Below the pieces are notes generated by a model. The model had not been told where the DNA came from, ran no database searches, and saw nothing but the letters and a program-made list of their open reading frames with translations. The position numbers were made by a program, and so were the translations under genes. Of a DNA stretch of 64,000 nt, positions 10,306-20,343 are shown in pieces (the first letter of the stretch is position 1; each line of letters begins with the position of its first letter). Source of the DNA: a virus; the IMG/VR virus record IMGVR_UViG_3300026382_000010, positions 32,001 through 96,000 of that record. One strand, given 5' to 3'.

Positions 10306-11742
10306 ATGATACAAACCGTTATAGTTAAAACAACTGAAGTTATAACTGCCTATATCCTGGATAAATATGATAAACAGGATTTTAAACCTCGTGTGGAAAT
10401 TGTAATCTTCTACATGATTTTCTTTGCATCGCTTCTCGTTTTATTTTTAAGCAATGATAGTACTTATGCAATTTTACTTGCTTTTCTAACTGGATTTTTA
10501 ACTGGTTATATGCTACTTACACTATCCGATGAACATTATCTTTCTCCTAATTTAGATGTCATCAAAAGTTTAAAGGCCCGAAAAATAATAGAGGTTGCAG
10601 ATCAGTATAAGGATTTACTACCAGTTATTGAGGAAATCTCCGCAAGGAAACTCACTAAAAAAATACTAGTGATTCTAATTTCAAAGCTTGTATCCCTACT
10701 TTTAACTACACCTAGTATAAAACAAATCATCAACCGGCTTACGAAGAATTTTATTGAGATTTTTGCATCCGCTAAAATAAAAGCGTTAGAGAAAATATTT
10801 GCGCGTATAGTTTATACCTATTTCATAGGTATTATCATTGGGTTTATAGGTTCATGTTTATACTATTTGTATATCAAAAAAGTACCGTTTGAAAATTTAC
10901 TTAAGCAAATTGCAGCTTCGTTAAAAACTCTTGTTTCCTCGAAAGCCGTAACTGCTATTGTAATTGCATTATTTTTGAAAGGAAAACAAGTTTCACAATC
11001 ACAAATCAATCGTTTGGTTAAAAAATTCTTTCCCAATATTCATTTACCAGATGATAGACTGCAAACTTATTACAGTTTAATTTTACAAAACGTCTTTGGC
11101 AAAAACATCAAAGTTAAACGCGTAATTCGTATCAATATTAATTCAAAACGTTTTGAATTGCCTATTTCCAATAAATACATTCAAAACGTCATACATGCAT
11201 TTGTCAATTATGTTGTGGAAAACTTTTCAGACGATATTCATTTAGTGTATATATTTGAAGCAAACGTAAATGCGTCAGTATACGATAAATCTACAAAAAT
11301 TCTTTACGTTTATTTAAATTCTTATGAGCAAATTAATTCAATGACTAGCGATGATTTTATCGCATATGCACTCTTTGGATACTTCTGCGTTAAAATCTTA
11401 GATACAAAGAAATATATTGGTTATTTAAAGGCTTGGTACATTGGGGTAAATATACTTTCAAGCATTAGCTTTAGCAATTACAAAGTTACCGTCACCGAAA
11501 GTACAATTATCAATGCAATTTTAGAAATTTCTCTTAGAGCATTTATAAATGCATTGGTTGGTTATATAAAAGCACTTTATATGCAACTCGGTTTAAAAGA
11601 CTCCGTTTTATCTATGATTTTATCTGTCACAACAATAAATTTAAACGACGTATTTAAAGGAAATTCCCTAAAGGTTGAACAAGAACTCGTCAAAAAGCTA
11701 AGTACAGCAGATATGGTCTTCAACGCATTGACATCTGTTTAA
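10306..11742 (+). CDS. Membrane protein, paralogue of 5152..6564 lacking HExxH (pseudo-protease)
   Basis: Same size and TM layout, with colinear similar blocks. FIAYALFGYFC sits where the paralogue has AVILHELGH. Confidence 0.6.
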   Translation: MIQTVIVKTTEVITAYILDKYDKQDFKPRVEIVIFYMIFFASLLVLFLSNDSTYAILLAFLTGFLTGYMLLTLSDEHYLSPNLDVIKSLKARKIIEVADQYKDLLPVIEEISARKLTKKILVILISKLVSLLLTTPSIKQIINRLTKNFIEIFASAKIKALEKIFARIVYTYFIGIIIGFIGSCLYYLYIKKVPFENLLKQIAASLKTLVSSKAVTAIVIALFLKGKQVSQSQINRLVKKFFPNIHLPDDRLQTYYSLILQNVFGKNIKVKRVIRININSKRFELPISNKYIQNVIHAFVNYVVENFSDDIHLVYIFEANVNASVYDKSTKILYVYLNSYEQINSMTSDDFIAYALFGYFCVKILDTKKYIGYLKAWYIGVNILSSISFSNYKVTVTESTIINAILEISLRAFINALVGYIKALYMQLGLKDSVLSMILSVTTINLNDVFKGNSLKVEQELVKKLSTADMVFNALTSV

Positions 11743-11766
11743 ATTAAATAAAAATGGAGTTTAATC

Positions 11767-12672
11767 ATGTATTCCAAGGAGTATTTCTTATATCATTTCT
11801 TCTCAACATATACTGCTCCTTCAAATTTCGATAACCTATACAACATGTATCTAGAGCTTGAACGAAGACTTATTCAAGTTAAACTCATTCATTTTAAACC
11901 AGTTAAATTCAAGCATAATCCAAATATTCCACTACGAAAAAGCCAATTTGAATTTATCTACGGATACGAGTACGATATTTCAAATGCAGGATTTACATAC
12001 ATTGAGTATTTGCAACAAAATGGACTACTTTCTTTATCTGATGAACTATTACTTTCAACATTAAAGCAAATTAAAAACAGAAAGCTTCAAAAATACTTTA
12101 TGACAAAACTATTTGGATTGCTCGTTAAACAAAATCAATCTATCTACACAAACTTCATTGAAAGCCTACAAAATTTTTGGTACTTGTTAATACGTACAAA
12201 TTTACAAAATGGTTTTTCTGGAAAATGCATGCGTATTTACCTTGATGAAATTGTATTTGATAAACCGCTGTTTATAACTTCAATTTCTTTTCCAATTCCG
12301 TATAAATTAAAACATCGGAAAATCTACTACTTTATTCAAAATCTGGCGGAGTATAATAAACAGCTAAAAATTACCGACGAGTCAATTGATATTCGTTTAC
12401 CATTTTTAAATGAAAAATATTTGAAAACATTACATTCATGTATTGCAAAAGGACGTAGCGGTATTATACAATTTGATGCATTATCAAGACTAATACTATC
12501 CGATACCTGGGACGACATGTTTTTACTATACGATGAAAATGGACTTTATTACCTTGCAAACAATGAAAAAGTTTATATCAACAATCCCAGTGAAATTCCA
12601 TCAATCAAAGACGGTATGTCTTATTATCGCTATCTGAATCCTTTAAATTTAAAATGCAGAATACTATTGTAG
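11767..12672 (+). CDS. Putative small DNA-polymerase-palm-like protein
   Basis: YEYDISNA (motif A-like), K..MTKLFG (motif B-like) and RIYLDEIVF (motif C-like). No exonuclease domain recognised. Confidence 0.4.
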   Translation: MYSKEYFLYHFFSTYTAPSNFDNLYNMYLELERRLIQVKLIHFKPVKFKHNPNIPLRKSQFEFIYGYEYDISNAGFTYIEYLQQNGLLSLSDELLLSTLKQIKNRKLQKYFMTKLFGLLVKQNQSIYTNFIESLQNFWYLLIRTNLQNGFSGKCMRIYLDEIVFDKPLFITSISFPIPYKLKHRKIYYFIQNLAEYNKQLKITDESIDIRLPFLNEKYLKTLHSCIAKGRSGIIQFDALSRLILSDTWDDMFLLYDENGLYYLANNEKVYINNPSEIPSIKDGMSYYRYLNPLNLKCRILL

Positions 12673-12690
12673 GTAAAAGGAGTAACTTTC

Positions 12691-12996
12691 ATGCCGCGTA
12701 GAAACCATCGGGTAATGGATTTGAGGTTTGGTTTTGGATGTGGAGCTCCATGTATTGGTATTTCAATACTTGGATCCCATAATGTACGAACCAATCGTAA
12801 AATGCAAATGCGTTTACTTGATTTAGAAATAGCATTTTGTGTATGCGGTCCTCACCCTGGAATAATGATTACTGGTTCTGATACTGTATATGCAAATAGG
12901 CGAAAAGTTCATAGGCTATTTGATTTAGCATTTAACTTTTGTCCAGGTATTGATTGGGCAATTACTGCATCTCCAAATGTTGACTCTGGCGGATAA
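12691..12996 (+). CDS. PAAR-repeat baseplate spike-tip protein (T4 gp5.4-like)
   Basis: Three repeats HRVMD/MRLLD/HRLFD, each followed by GSHNV/GSDTV/ASPNV. Cys/His metal ligands. 101 aa. Confidence 0.85.
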   Translation: MPRRNHRVMDLRFGFGCGAPCIGISILGSHNVRTNRKMQMRLLDLEIAFCVCGPHPGIMITGSDTVYANRRKVHRLFDLAFNFCPGIDWAITASPNVDSGG

Positions 12997-13019
12997 AATA
13001 AAAAAAAGGAGGTATTAAA

Positions 13020-13538
13020 ATGAAGCCAGTATTTACTAAAGAAGAAATTCAAAAAACCATTGCATGTCTTGCAAAAGTTTTAAGTAAACATTTTGAAACC
13101 AAAAAAGTTTTAGTAGTTGGAATAATGGAGGGAGCTTTATTTTTTCTCGCTGATTTAATGCGTCAGCTTCCTGAAAATTTCACCTATTGTACCATTCATT
13201 TAAAGAGCTACGTTAGCGACGGTAACCAAGGGGAACCTAAACTTTACGACGAAAAATATCTAAAAGACGTACTTAATAAAATTGAACCTGACATAATAAT
13301 TATTGCTGATGAAATTTGCGACACTGGAACTACAATCAATTATCTTAAAACTACATTGCAGGAAATATTTGGTTTACAACCAGTGGAAATTTACACATGT
13401 GCTCTTATTGTAACCAAAACTGGAAAAGACAAAGTTGATTTCTATGGATTTGAATATACAGATGATAAATGGCTTTACGGTTACGGAATGGATTTAGATG
13501 AATGGAGGAGAAACCTCGATGAAATCTACTCAAAATAA
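13020..13538 (+). CDS. hpt: Hypoxanthine-guanine phosphoribosyltransferase
   Basis: VGIMEGALFFLADL, LKSY, PRPP loop IIADEICDTGTT and WLYGYGMD. Confidence 0.9.
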   Translation: MKPVFTKEEIQKTIACLAKVLSKHFETKKVLVVGIMEGALFFLADLMRQLPENFTYCTIHLKSYVSDGNQGEPKLYDEKYLKDVLNKIEPDIIIIADEICDTGTTINYLKTTLQEIFGLQPVEIYTCALIVTKTGKDKVDFYGFEYTDDKWLYGYGMDLDEWRRNLDEIYSK

Positions 13539-14223
13539 CATGTATCCAAAATTATCATGTAAAACCTTTTGTAAGCTTATTTATAAAGAACTTGTAGATT
13601 TCTTTAGGAAAAATCGGGTATTTATTCCTAATCGTAAATTGCATGAACTATACAATCAAAACGAAGAACCATGGATGTTTGTTATCAAAGTTATCTTATC
13701 TGCACAAAGTAAAGATAAGACAGTTAACCAAGTTGCAAAAGTATTATTCCAAAAATATCCAACGCTTGAAAAATTGGCAAATGCAAAAATCGAAGACGTA
13801 GAAAGAATTATCAAACCAATTCCATTTTACAGGAAAAAAGCGGTAATGATTATAAATGCTGCAAAAATTTTGTACAATGAATTCAATGGAAATATTCCTC
13901 ATACGTATGAAGATTTGTATAAGTTACCAGGTGTTTCTCGAAAATCTGCTGCAACAATTCGCGCAATTATTCATGAAATTCCATCAATTATCGTTGATCG
14001 ACATGTTATACGCGTATTAAATCGACTACGTTTTGTAAATAATGTTGAGGATCCAATTTATGTTGAATCTCGTATTGAAAAATGTTGTCCTAAAGAAATC
14101 TGGATTCCACTATGCTTGCTTCTTATACTCTTCGGAAGATATATCTGCACAGCAAGAAACCCTCAATGCCATAGATGTCCTTTGCAAAAATATTGCTTTT
14201 ACAGTCTTTCCAACAGAAAATAA
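13519..14223 (+). CDS. nth: Endonuclease III (HhH-GPD glycosylase with 4Fe-4S cluster)
   Basis: ILSAQSKD, HhH LPGVSRKSA, VDRHV and C-x6-C-x2-C-x5-C. Start moved to ATG 13519 behind GGAGG. Confidence 0.93.
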   Translation: MKSTQNNMYPKLSCKTFCKLIYKELVDFFRKNRVFIPNRKLHELYNQNEEPWMFVIKVILSAQSKDKTVNQVAKVLFQKYPTLEKLANAKIEDVERIIKPIPFYRKKAVMIINAAKILYNEFNGNIPHTYEDLYKLPGVSRKSAATIRAIIHEIPSIIVDRHVIRVLNRLRFVNNVEDPIYVESRIEKCCPKEIWIPLCLLLILFGRYICTARNPQCHRCPLQKYCFYSLSNRK

Positions 14224-14246
14224 AAAAGCAGGAAGGTATTTGTATC

Positions 14247-17200
14247 ATGGCTACATTAGATTTGTATCTTAAAGTTGCTCGGGATTTAAACTTAATTGAA
14301 AATGATGATATTCTTAGTTTGAGTCAGAATGTCCAAAAAAGTTTAGATGAGTTATGTAATATACTCGAAACATTACAATCCAAGCTCGGATTGTATAGTG
14401 TTTTATTCCCAGATCCGATTTTGACAATGATTGCCAATAGATTAATTCCAATTCAAGCTAAATTAAAAAGTATTGAAGCTTTTTTATCAGGTCAAGCAAT
14501 CTCACAGGATCTTGAAAAACTAAATGAAATAATAACCTTGCTCGAAAAAGTATATGCTATCAAGCCACTGCTTGAAGTTTTAATCAAATATTATGAATCT
14601 CAGGAATTCGACTCGTTAAAAACTCTTTTTCAGGAAGCCCACAGTAAAGCTTTAGAAATTTTAGAAAATGATGAATTGAAAATAACATCAGACGACTTCT
14701 ATACATTTTTTCCAAGCGATGCCGAAACATTGTCTTACAACTCCTACCTACAACTAATTAAATTCCGAGATTTTCTATATACTTCGAAATCCAATTATCT
14801 AGCATTTTTACGAAAATACTTTTACAATGCTAATAAACCTTTTGATTACATTGCTGAATTCAAAAAAGTTCTAGAGACTTTATACAACAAAGCGCTAGTA
14901 CTTGATGAGCATATAGCAAGTAACAAATCCTATACAGTTGTTGCAGCATTCTTTGGTTTATGCAATCGTCTTAAAAATGCATTCGCAAACATCTATATTC
15001 CAAAATTATCAACTTTAGAACTTAAAAGTGCATACAATAAATTAAAAACGCTTATTCCAAAATTGCAGCAATTTTACTCTGAGAATAAAGATTTACAAGC
15101 ATATATCTACTCGCTCACTAAATTTGATATTCCAGTTATATGGTATCCATTTTTGACAATTTATAAAGCGCTTTTACCAATTTACCAATACATTTTAGTA
15201 TTACGTGAGGCTTTTCCAAAAAATGTCGTAGATTATTTACAATTGTATTATGAAGTTGCCAGTGCTATCAATGATTTACGTAAATATCTAGAGGATGCAA
15301 CAGTTTTATACAATGAATTACGTCTCGGACTACAAAATGAATTATATGCCGAATTTCTTGCAGAAATCAATAAACTAAAACAAAGCAATTTAAATACTAT
15401 TGACTTACAGCTTTTAAATGAAATTGCAACGATAGTAAATTTCAATCTCGATATTGCTCATAATGATTTATATCAACTATTTCAGGCTCAAATTTTAGCA
15501 TTTTTATTCCTTCCATTTGAGTATCAGATTTCCTACGAAACATTTGACATTGCAATTTCAAATATTGAGCAAGTGTTGGAAAAATTAGATTTGCTACAAT
15601 CACTTAATGCTCCATACTTCCAAACTCCAACGGTTACTCAATTTGCTCCTGTCTTCAAAATGTATCTCGATAATTTTAACGAGAGTCATCTTTCTGAATT
15701 TCCACAAATATATAGCGTACTTGAAAAATCCCTCAATCAACTTATAGATACGCTGCATACGTATATTCATGCATTATATCCTTATGCAAATTATAGTCGT
15801 TTAGTAAATAACTTTCTCAATTATACTTCAATGTATTTTAATCCCGAGTTTATCAGTTTTCTTGAAACTGGAGCAAATGTAGCAAGCTTTCAAATTTCAT
15901 TTAAAGACATTTTATTTTCTCTTGTTGATTTAAAGAGTTATTTGGATAAGTGGCTTACTCTTGAGGAGGCTTTAAAAAATTTATATCGTAATTCAAGCGG
16001 ATTTTTTGATACCGTCAAGTTAATTCAAACACAAGAAGCATTTGATGTACAAAAAGCTGAATTCTTAAATAACTTCTGGAAGGAAAGTTACAATTATTTC
16101 CGAAACCATACGCTTACACTCCATCTTGACGAATACTGCAATACAATACATCAACTTTCAAATTTCCACGAGTGTATTTTACCACTTTCTTACCTAAATT
16201 TTGAAGCATTAGAAAAGCTAGAGCAAATTTTACAATTCTTCGATATCAATAAGATTGATAAGACTATTTCAGAGCTTTATACTTATGCAAGAAACCTTTC
16301 AAGTATAGATGTCAATTTGATTACTGATAACTATGAAAAACTTAAGGAGTTAACCCTTGAACCATTTTCGTATAACGAGTGGAATCTAATTTTAAACCAA
16401 ATGTATGCTCTATCCTTTTTAAAACATGTATTGCCATATAGTGAAATAAATTCATCTCCCGAAAATTTATACCTAACTCTAAAGCAAATTGTACGTACGG
16501 TATCTAAATTAAGCTTCATTTCTCCTAAAGTATTGGAGACTCTTGTTCAAAGTTACAATCAAAATCACTATGACATCAAGCAATTTTACCCAATCCACAT
16601 AATTATTACAAACCTAAAGAGAACTCTTGCAAAATACTTTGTACATGCGCTTGGTTTAAATGATACTTACGTAGATATTATTGTTGGATCAGTTAAATCA
16701 TTATCTGAACTGTATGAGGTATGCCCTACACTTGGATACAATGAAAGTAAGTTTGCAAATGCTCTCGCTCTCTTTAAAAGACTGTGCGATATCGAGAAAA
16801 AATTTGAAGCGTTATTTAAATTCTGTAATACAAGTAATTTGCCAGATACTTTAGAACTTGATACCAATGAGATTCCTAATGTCAACTATAATGCTTTAAA
16901 GCAATATATTATCTCACTATTTGAAATGCTTGATAAGGAGTGGTGGCATCTATTTTTCGATAAAGCAAAGTATCATTATGAAGCCTTTATCCAACTTTTT
17001 GCAAATAATGTATTGAATGTAGAGTTTGAGTATGACTTTGCGTTAAGCGATATTGTTTTATATGAAGTAAATCCAATGTATGATTATCACGACTCTGCAT
17101 TTGGTATTATCTATCTAAATGAATCGGAAGTAAGCGATGAATTACTTGGTACTAATACTTATATCCTAAGTCAAGTTGTAAATTACGGATTAAATGAAAT

Positions 17201-18953
17201 TGGATCCGACTTAGAAACCATATTGCAAGATATTCAGGAGTATCTTACGTATTTGCAAGACATCATAAAGTTTACAGAATCATATTCATGTAAATTATTT
17301 GTGGAATTTATACAAGGTAATCGAGATTTCTTATATAGACTTCGAAACTATAGCTCGTATTACGACTTTTATAAAGCAACTCCAAGTTTTTTAGAGGAAA
17401 TAAAACTCAAAATTAATCCAAATATGCTTCCGCAACTAGCCGCAAAACTAAAATGTTACCAAGAGTATTGCGAAATTTTAAAACAGCTTCGTGATAAATT
17501 AAAACAGTGGGTTGAAACATATCCAAATCAAGAATATCTACTTGCAAGTCAACAAATGTCTCAAATAACTTCAATCACTGACGACTTATATAATCTATTA
17601 ACCCAGCTTTATGCAAATTCAAGCATTCTTACCATTATAGTACTACTTAAGCATGTATACAATTTAATTCAAACGGTTATAGAACAACTCCGACAAATTT
17701 TACAAAACCTTCTCGATTTTATTCAAGCATTCTACGATAATCTAGCAAGTATCCTCGTGACATATTTAAATTCACTTGCTTCAAATTATCTTTTGGCATC
17801 TCTTTTATTTAATCCGAATGCATCATCAAGTTTACTTACATTGCTCGGATTAAGCTTATTTACTACATTATGTAACCAAGACGTTATAGCGCAGATAAAT
17901 GAAATGTTTTCAAATTTAGCATCCGATGGAAATGTAGGTACTTTAACAGCATATTTATACGAAAATAACTTAATCACAAAACCTGAAGTTGAGTTATTTG
18001 ATGAATCTATATTTGAAACTTATCCATATCTTGAAGTAATCCAAGTTAATGAAAATTTAGCAATCGATTATAATGATTCAAAAATCACCTGGTTTAATGA
18101 CAAACCAATTTTAACCTTCCGAATTTATGCAGTACATTATCATAATGATCGCAAAGTTTTACAATCACTAGGTTACGGAGTTATCGACAAGGATAATTCA
18201 ATATACTTACTTGAGAAGAATCCGACATATCCAAAATTGTATCCGTGGAATTTATATGAAATGGTATCACTTGAAAACGCATATTTCCGAGTATTACCAA
18301 TCAATGAAACCTACGGTTTACTATTTAATGGAACAATTCCACTTTGTATATACAATTTTGAAACAAAACAAGTTTATGTGGATCAAAGTTGGAATGATGT
18401 ATCCTACTTAATTCCAAAAGTTGATTTTAGTAATGCAATTGTTTCTAAGTTTTATGGCCCATTTGGGATTGCAGTAAATAAACAAGCCTACTTAACTGAC
18501 AAAACCTTTAAAGACAAATCTATTTATCTGGTTGACGTAGGTTTCGGTTTTTATTTAATTGACTCCAATGGCAAGGCATTTTACGATTCCTCTATCCTTA
18601 TGAATACCTATAGTCAATTGTATGTGGATCTTGACAATACGTATCAAGTTAATAGCTATACATATTACGGAGTAAAACTGCTAACTGGCTTAAATTTGAC
18701 ACATGAAACATATGGTCCATTTGCTATAAAACTTGGTAATCAATGCTTTTTGGTATTTAATACATCGCTTATTGCTTCTCAAAACGTTGATCCAAAAGTT
18801 TACCTTGGTAATAATTTACTTGTAGATAATGATAAACTATGGATTGGATTTATTAGAGGAAGCCTAAATTATATTGCCGATGAAAATCTTCATACATTAA
18901 AACTCGGTACAAAAGAATATAGTCTTAAAATTAGAGCACCCGTGTTAGCCTAA
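14247..18953 (+). CDS. Very large, mostly alpha-helical protein with a beta-rich C-terminus; unknown function (possible virion or ejection protein)
   Basis: About 1570-aa ORF. Likely start is ATG 14247 after AGGAAGGT. L/Y/F/K-rich helices. Confidence 0.6.
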   Translation: MATLDLYLKVARDLNLIENDDILSLSQNVQKSLDELCNILETLQSKLGLYSVLFPDPILTMIANRLIPIQAKLKSIEAFLSGQAISQDLEKLNEIITLLEKVYAIKPLLEVLIKYYESQEFDSLKTLFQEAHSKALEILENDELKITSDDFYTFFPSDAETLSYNSYLQLIKFRDFLYTSKSNYLAFLRKYFYNANKPFDYIAEFKKVLETLYNKALVLDEHIASNKSYTVVAAFFGLCNRLKNAFANIYIPKLSTLELKSAYNKLKTLIPKLQQFYSENKDLQAYIYSLTKFDIPVIWYPFLTIYKALLPIYQYILVLREAFPKNVVDYLQLYYEVASAINDLRKYLEDATVLYNELRLGLQNELYAEFLAEINKLKQSNLNTIDLQLLNEIATIVNFNLDIAHNDLYQLFQAQILAFLFLPFEYQISYETFDIAISNIEQVLEKLDLLQSLNAPYFQTPTVTQFAPVFKMYLDNFNESHLSEFPQIYSVLEKSLNQLIDTLHTYIHALYPYANYSRLVNNFLNYTSMYFNPEFISFLETGANVASFQISFKDILFSLVDLKSYLDKWLTLEEALKNLYRNSSGFFDTVKLIQTQEAFDVQKAEFLNNFWKESYNYFRNHTLTLHLDEYCNTIHQLSNFHECILPLSYLNFEALEKLEQILQFFDINKIDKTISELYTYARNLSSIDVNLITDNYEKLKELTLEPFSYNEWNLILNQMYALSFLKHVLPYSEINSSPENLYLTLKQIVRTVSKLSFISPKVLETLVQSYNQNHYDIKQFYPIHIIITNLKRTLAKYFVHALGLNDTYVDIIVGSVKSLSELYEVCPTLGYNESKFANALALFKRLCDIEKKFEALFKFCNTSNLPDTLELDTNEIPNVNYNALKQYIISLFEMLDKEWWHLFFDKAKYHYEAFIQLFANNVLNVEFEYDFALSDIVLYEVNPMYDYHDSAFGIIYLNESEVSDELLGTNTYILSQVVNYGLNEIGSDLETILQDIQEYLTYLQDIIKFTESYSCKLFVEFIQGNRDFLYRLRNYSSYYDFYKATPSFLEEIKLKINPNMLPQLAAKLKCYQEYCEILKQLRDKLKQWVETYPNQEYLLASQQMSQITSITDDLYNLLTQLYANSSILTIIVLLKHVYNLIQTVIEQLRQILQNLLDFIQAFYDNLASILVTYLNSLASNYLLASLLFNPNASSSLLTLLGLSLFTTLCNQDVIAQINEMFSNLASDGNVGTLTAYLYENNLITKPEVELFDESIFETYPYLEVIQVNENLAIDYNDSKITWFNDKPILTFRIYAVHYHNDRKVLQSLGYGVIDKDNSIYLLEKNPTYPKLYPWNLYEMVSLENAYFRVLPINETYGLLFNGTIPLCIYNFETKQVYVDQSWNDVSYLIPKVDFSNAIVSKFYGPFGIAVNKQAYLTDKTFKDKSIYLVDVGFGFYLIDSNGKAFYDSSILMNTYSQLYVDLDNTYQVNSYTYYGVKLLTGLNLTHETYGPFAIKLGNQCFLVFNTSLIASQNVDPKVYLGNNLLVDNDKLWIGFIRGSLNYIADENLHTLKLGTKEYSLKIRAPVLA

Positions 18954-18970
18954 GGAAAAGGAGGGTTATT

Positions 18971-19402
18971 ATGCAACCTATGGAAATTCCAGAGGAATTA
19001 CTAAAAAAATATTCTCGTTTTATGAGACATCCTAAAGCTTTGTACTTTAAACTGGTTCAAATTCCCTTTGAACCTGAGTTAATTGATTTATATGCTGACA
19101 AATATAGTACAATTGCATTTTGGTTGGATCAACTAGAAAAATTTCCCAAAGATTTCCCAGAACCTCTTGCAATTTATATACAACAAGAAAAACAAAAGAG
19201 TTTGAGTTTTTTTAAACCAGGGATACATGTAGTTTTAACATCGCCTTTTCTTCCTTTTTACCGCGGTTGGATTTTAGAGGTTTTTCATACGGAAGATGCT
19301 GAAAGCTTTGCACAAACTTTACTACAATATGATATAATGGTATATGGTTATAACGTGCATCGTATTAAAAACCTACAGTTTGAATCGCTTTTTAATTTCT
19401 AA
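18971..19402 (+). CDS. Hypothetical protein
   Basis: 143-aa ORF with AAGGAG RBS. Confidence 0.75.
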   Translation: MQPMEIPEELLKKYSRFMRHPKALYFKLVQIPFEPELIDLYADKYSTIAFWLDQLEKFPKDFPEPLAIYIQQEKQKSLSFFKPGIHVVLTSPFLPFYRGWILEVFHTEDAESFAQTLLQYDIMVYGYNVHRIKNLQFESLFNF

Positions 19403-19429
19403 AATCAACATTATAAAGAGGTATACCCA

Positions 19430-19573
19430 ATGAAATTCAAATCTCTACGTGAGTATTTATTGTATATGATGCAAAACAAACAACTTCCAACTGGACCGAA
19501 AGATAATTTCTCAATGTCTGAATCAGTTTCTCGCAAAATCATCCGCGTAAATAAAAATAAGAAACAAAAATAA
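19430..19573 (+). CDS. Small basic hypothetical protein (47 aa), absent from the ORF track
   Basis: GAGGT RBS. Translates as MKFKSLREYLLYMMQNKQLPTGPKDNFSMSESVSRKIIRVNKNKKQK* and fills the gap between neighbouring genes. Confidence 0.6.
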   Translation: MKFKSLREYLLYMMQNKQLPTGPKDNFSMSESVSRKIIRVNKNKKQK

Positions 19574-19599
19574 AACTGTAAAAGGAGGTACTCTTAACA

Positions 19600-20343
19600 A
19601 TGAACGATATTGTTTATGTAATTGCATTTGTAGGAAGAAAAGGATCCGGAAAAACAACTGCAGCACAATATCTAGTGGAAAAATACGGTTTTCATAAAGT
19701 ATCTTTTGCCAAACCTTTAAAAGATTTAGTTGCAAGTCTTGGAGTTAATAAAGAAGGTGAACTTTTAAATCCTGCTCTTAAAGATTTCTCAATGCAAAAA
19801 CTAATTGATTATGTAATTACGGGTTTAAGAAATTTTGAACCAAATTTACCAATTTCTCATAGTGTAGCTTCAATTATTGCTGCAAGTATTTATCATTATT
19901 ACCACTCCGATAATATTGAAGATAGAAAACGCATTGCTAGAAAACTTTTGCAATTTATCGGTACAGATGTATTTAGAGCATGGCGTTCAGATTATTGGGT
20001 AGCTAAAGCAATTGGTATGATTCAAACTCTTATAAAACAGGGAATTACTAAGATAACTATTGACGATATGCGATTTCCAAATGAATTCCAAGCTATTTTA
20101 GAATTTTCAGATGTTTACGTAGTTAACGATAAAATCTACAATGTTTTTAGATACATTGTAGGAATTATTGGAAAAACAGATAACGACGAGCATCCATCTG
20201 AAACTGAAGTTGATAAATTAATTCCGAAATGTCATAGTATTATTCATAATACCTATGATGAGAAATTTTTTGAGCATCTAGATAGACTGCTTGAGGAGGT
20301 TAATATAAAAGTACGAAATGTAGAAACTGCAGATGGAGCTTAA
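19600..20343 (+). CDS. Deoxynucleoside monophosphate kinase (T4 gp1-like)
   Basis: P-loop GRKGSGKT, SFAKPLK, RKLLQFIGTDVFR, DDMRFPNE and HPSET. Confidence 0.9.
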   Translation: MNDIVYVIAFVGRKGSGKTTAAQYLVEKYGFHKVSFAKPLKDLVASLGVNKEGELLNPALKDFSMQKLIDYVITGLRNFEPNLPISHSVASIIAASIYHYYHSDNIEDRKRIARKLLQFIGTDVFRAWRSDYWVAKAIGMIQTLIKQGITKITIDDMRFPNEFQAILEFSDVYVVNDKIYNVFRYIVGIIGKTDNDEHPSETEVDKLIPKCHSIIHNTYDEKFFEHLDRLLEEVNIKVRNVETADGA

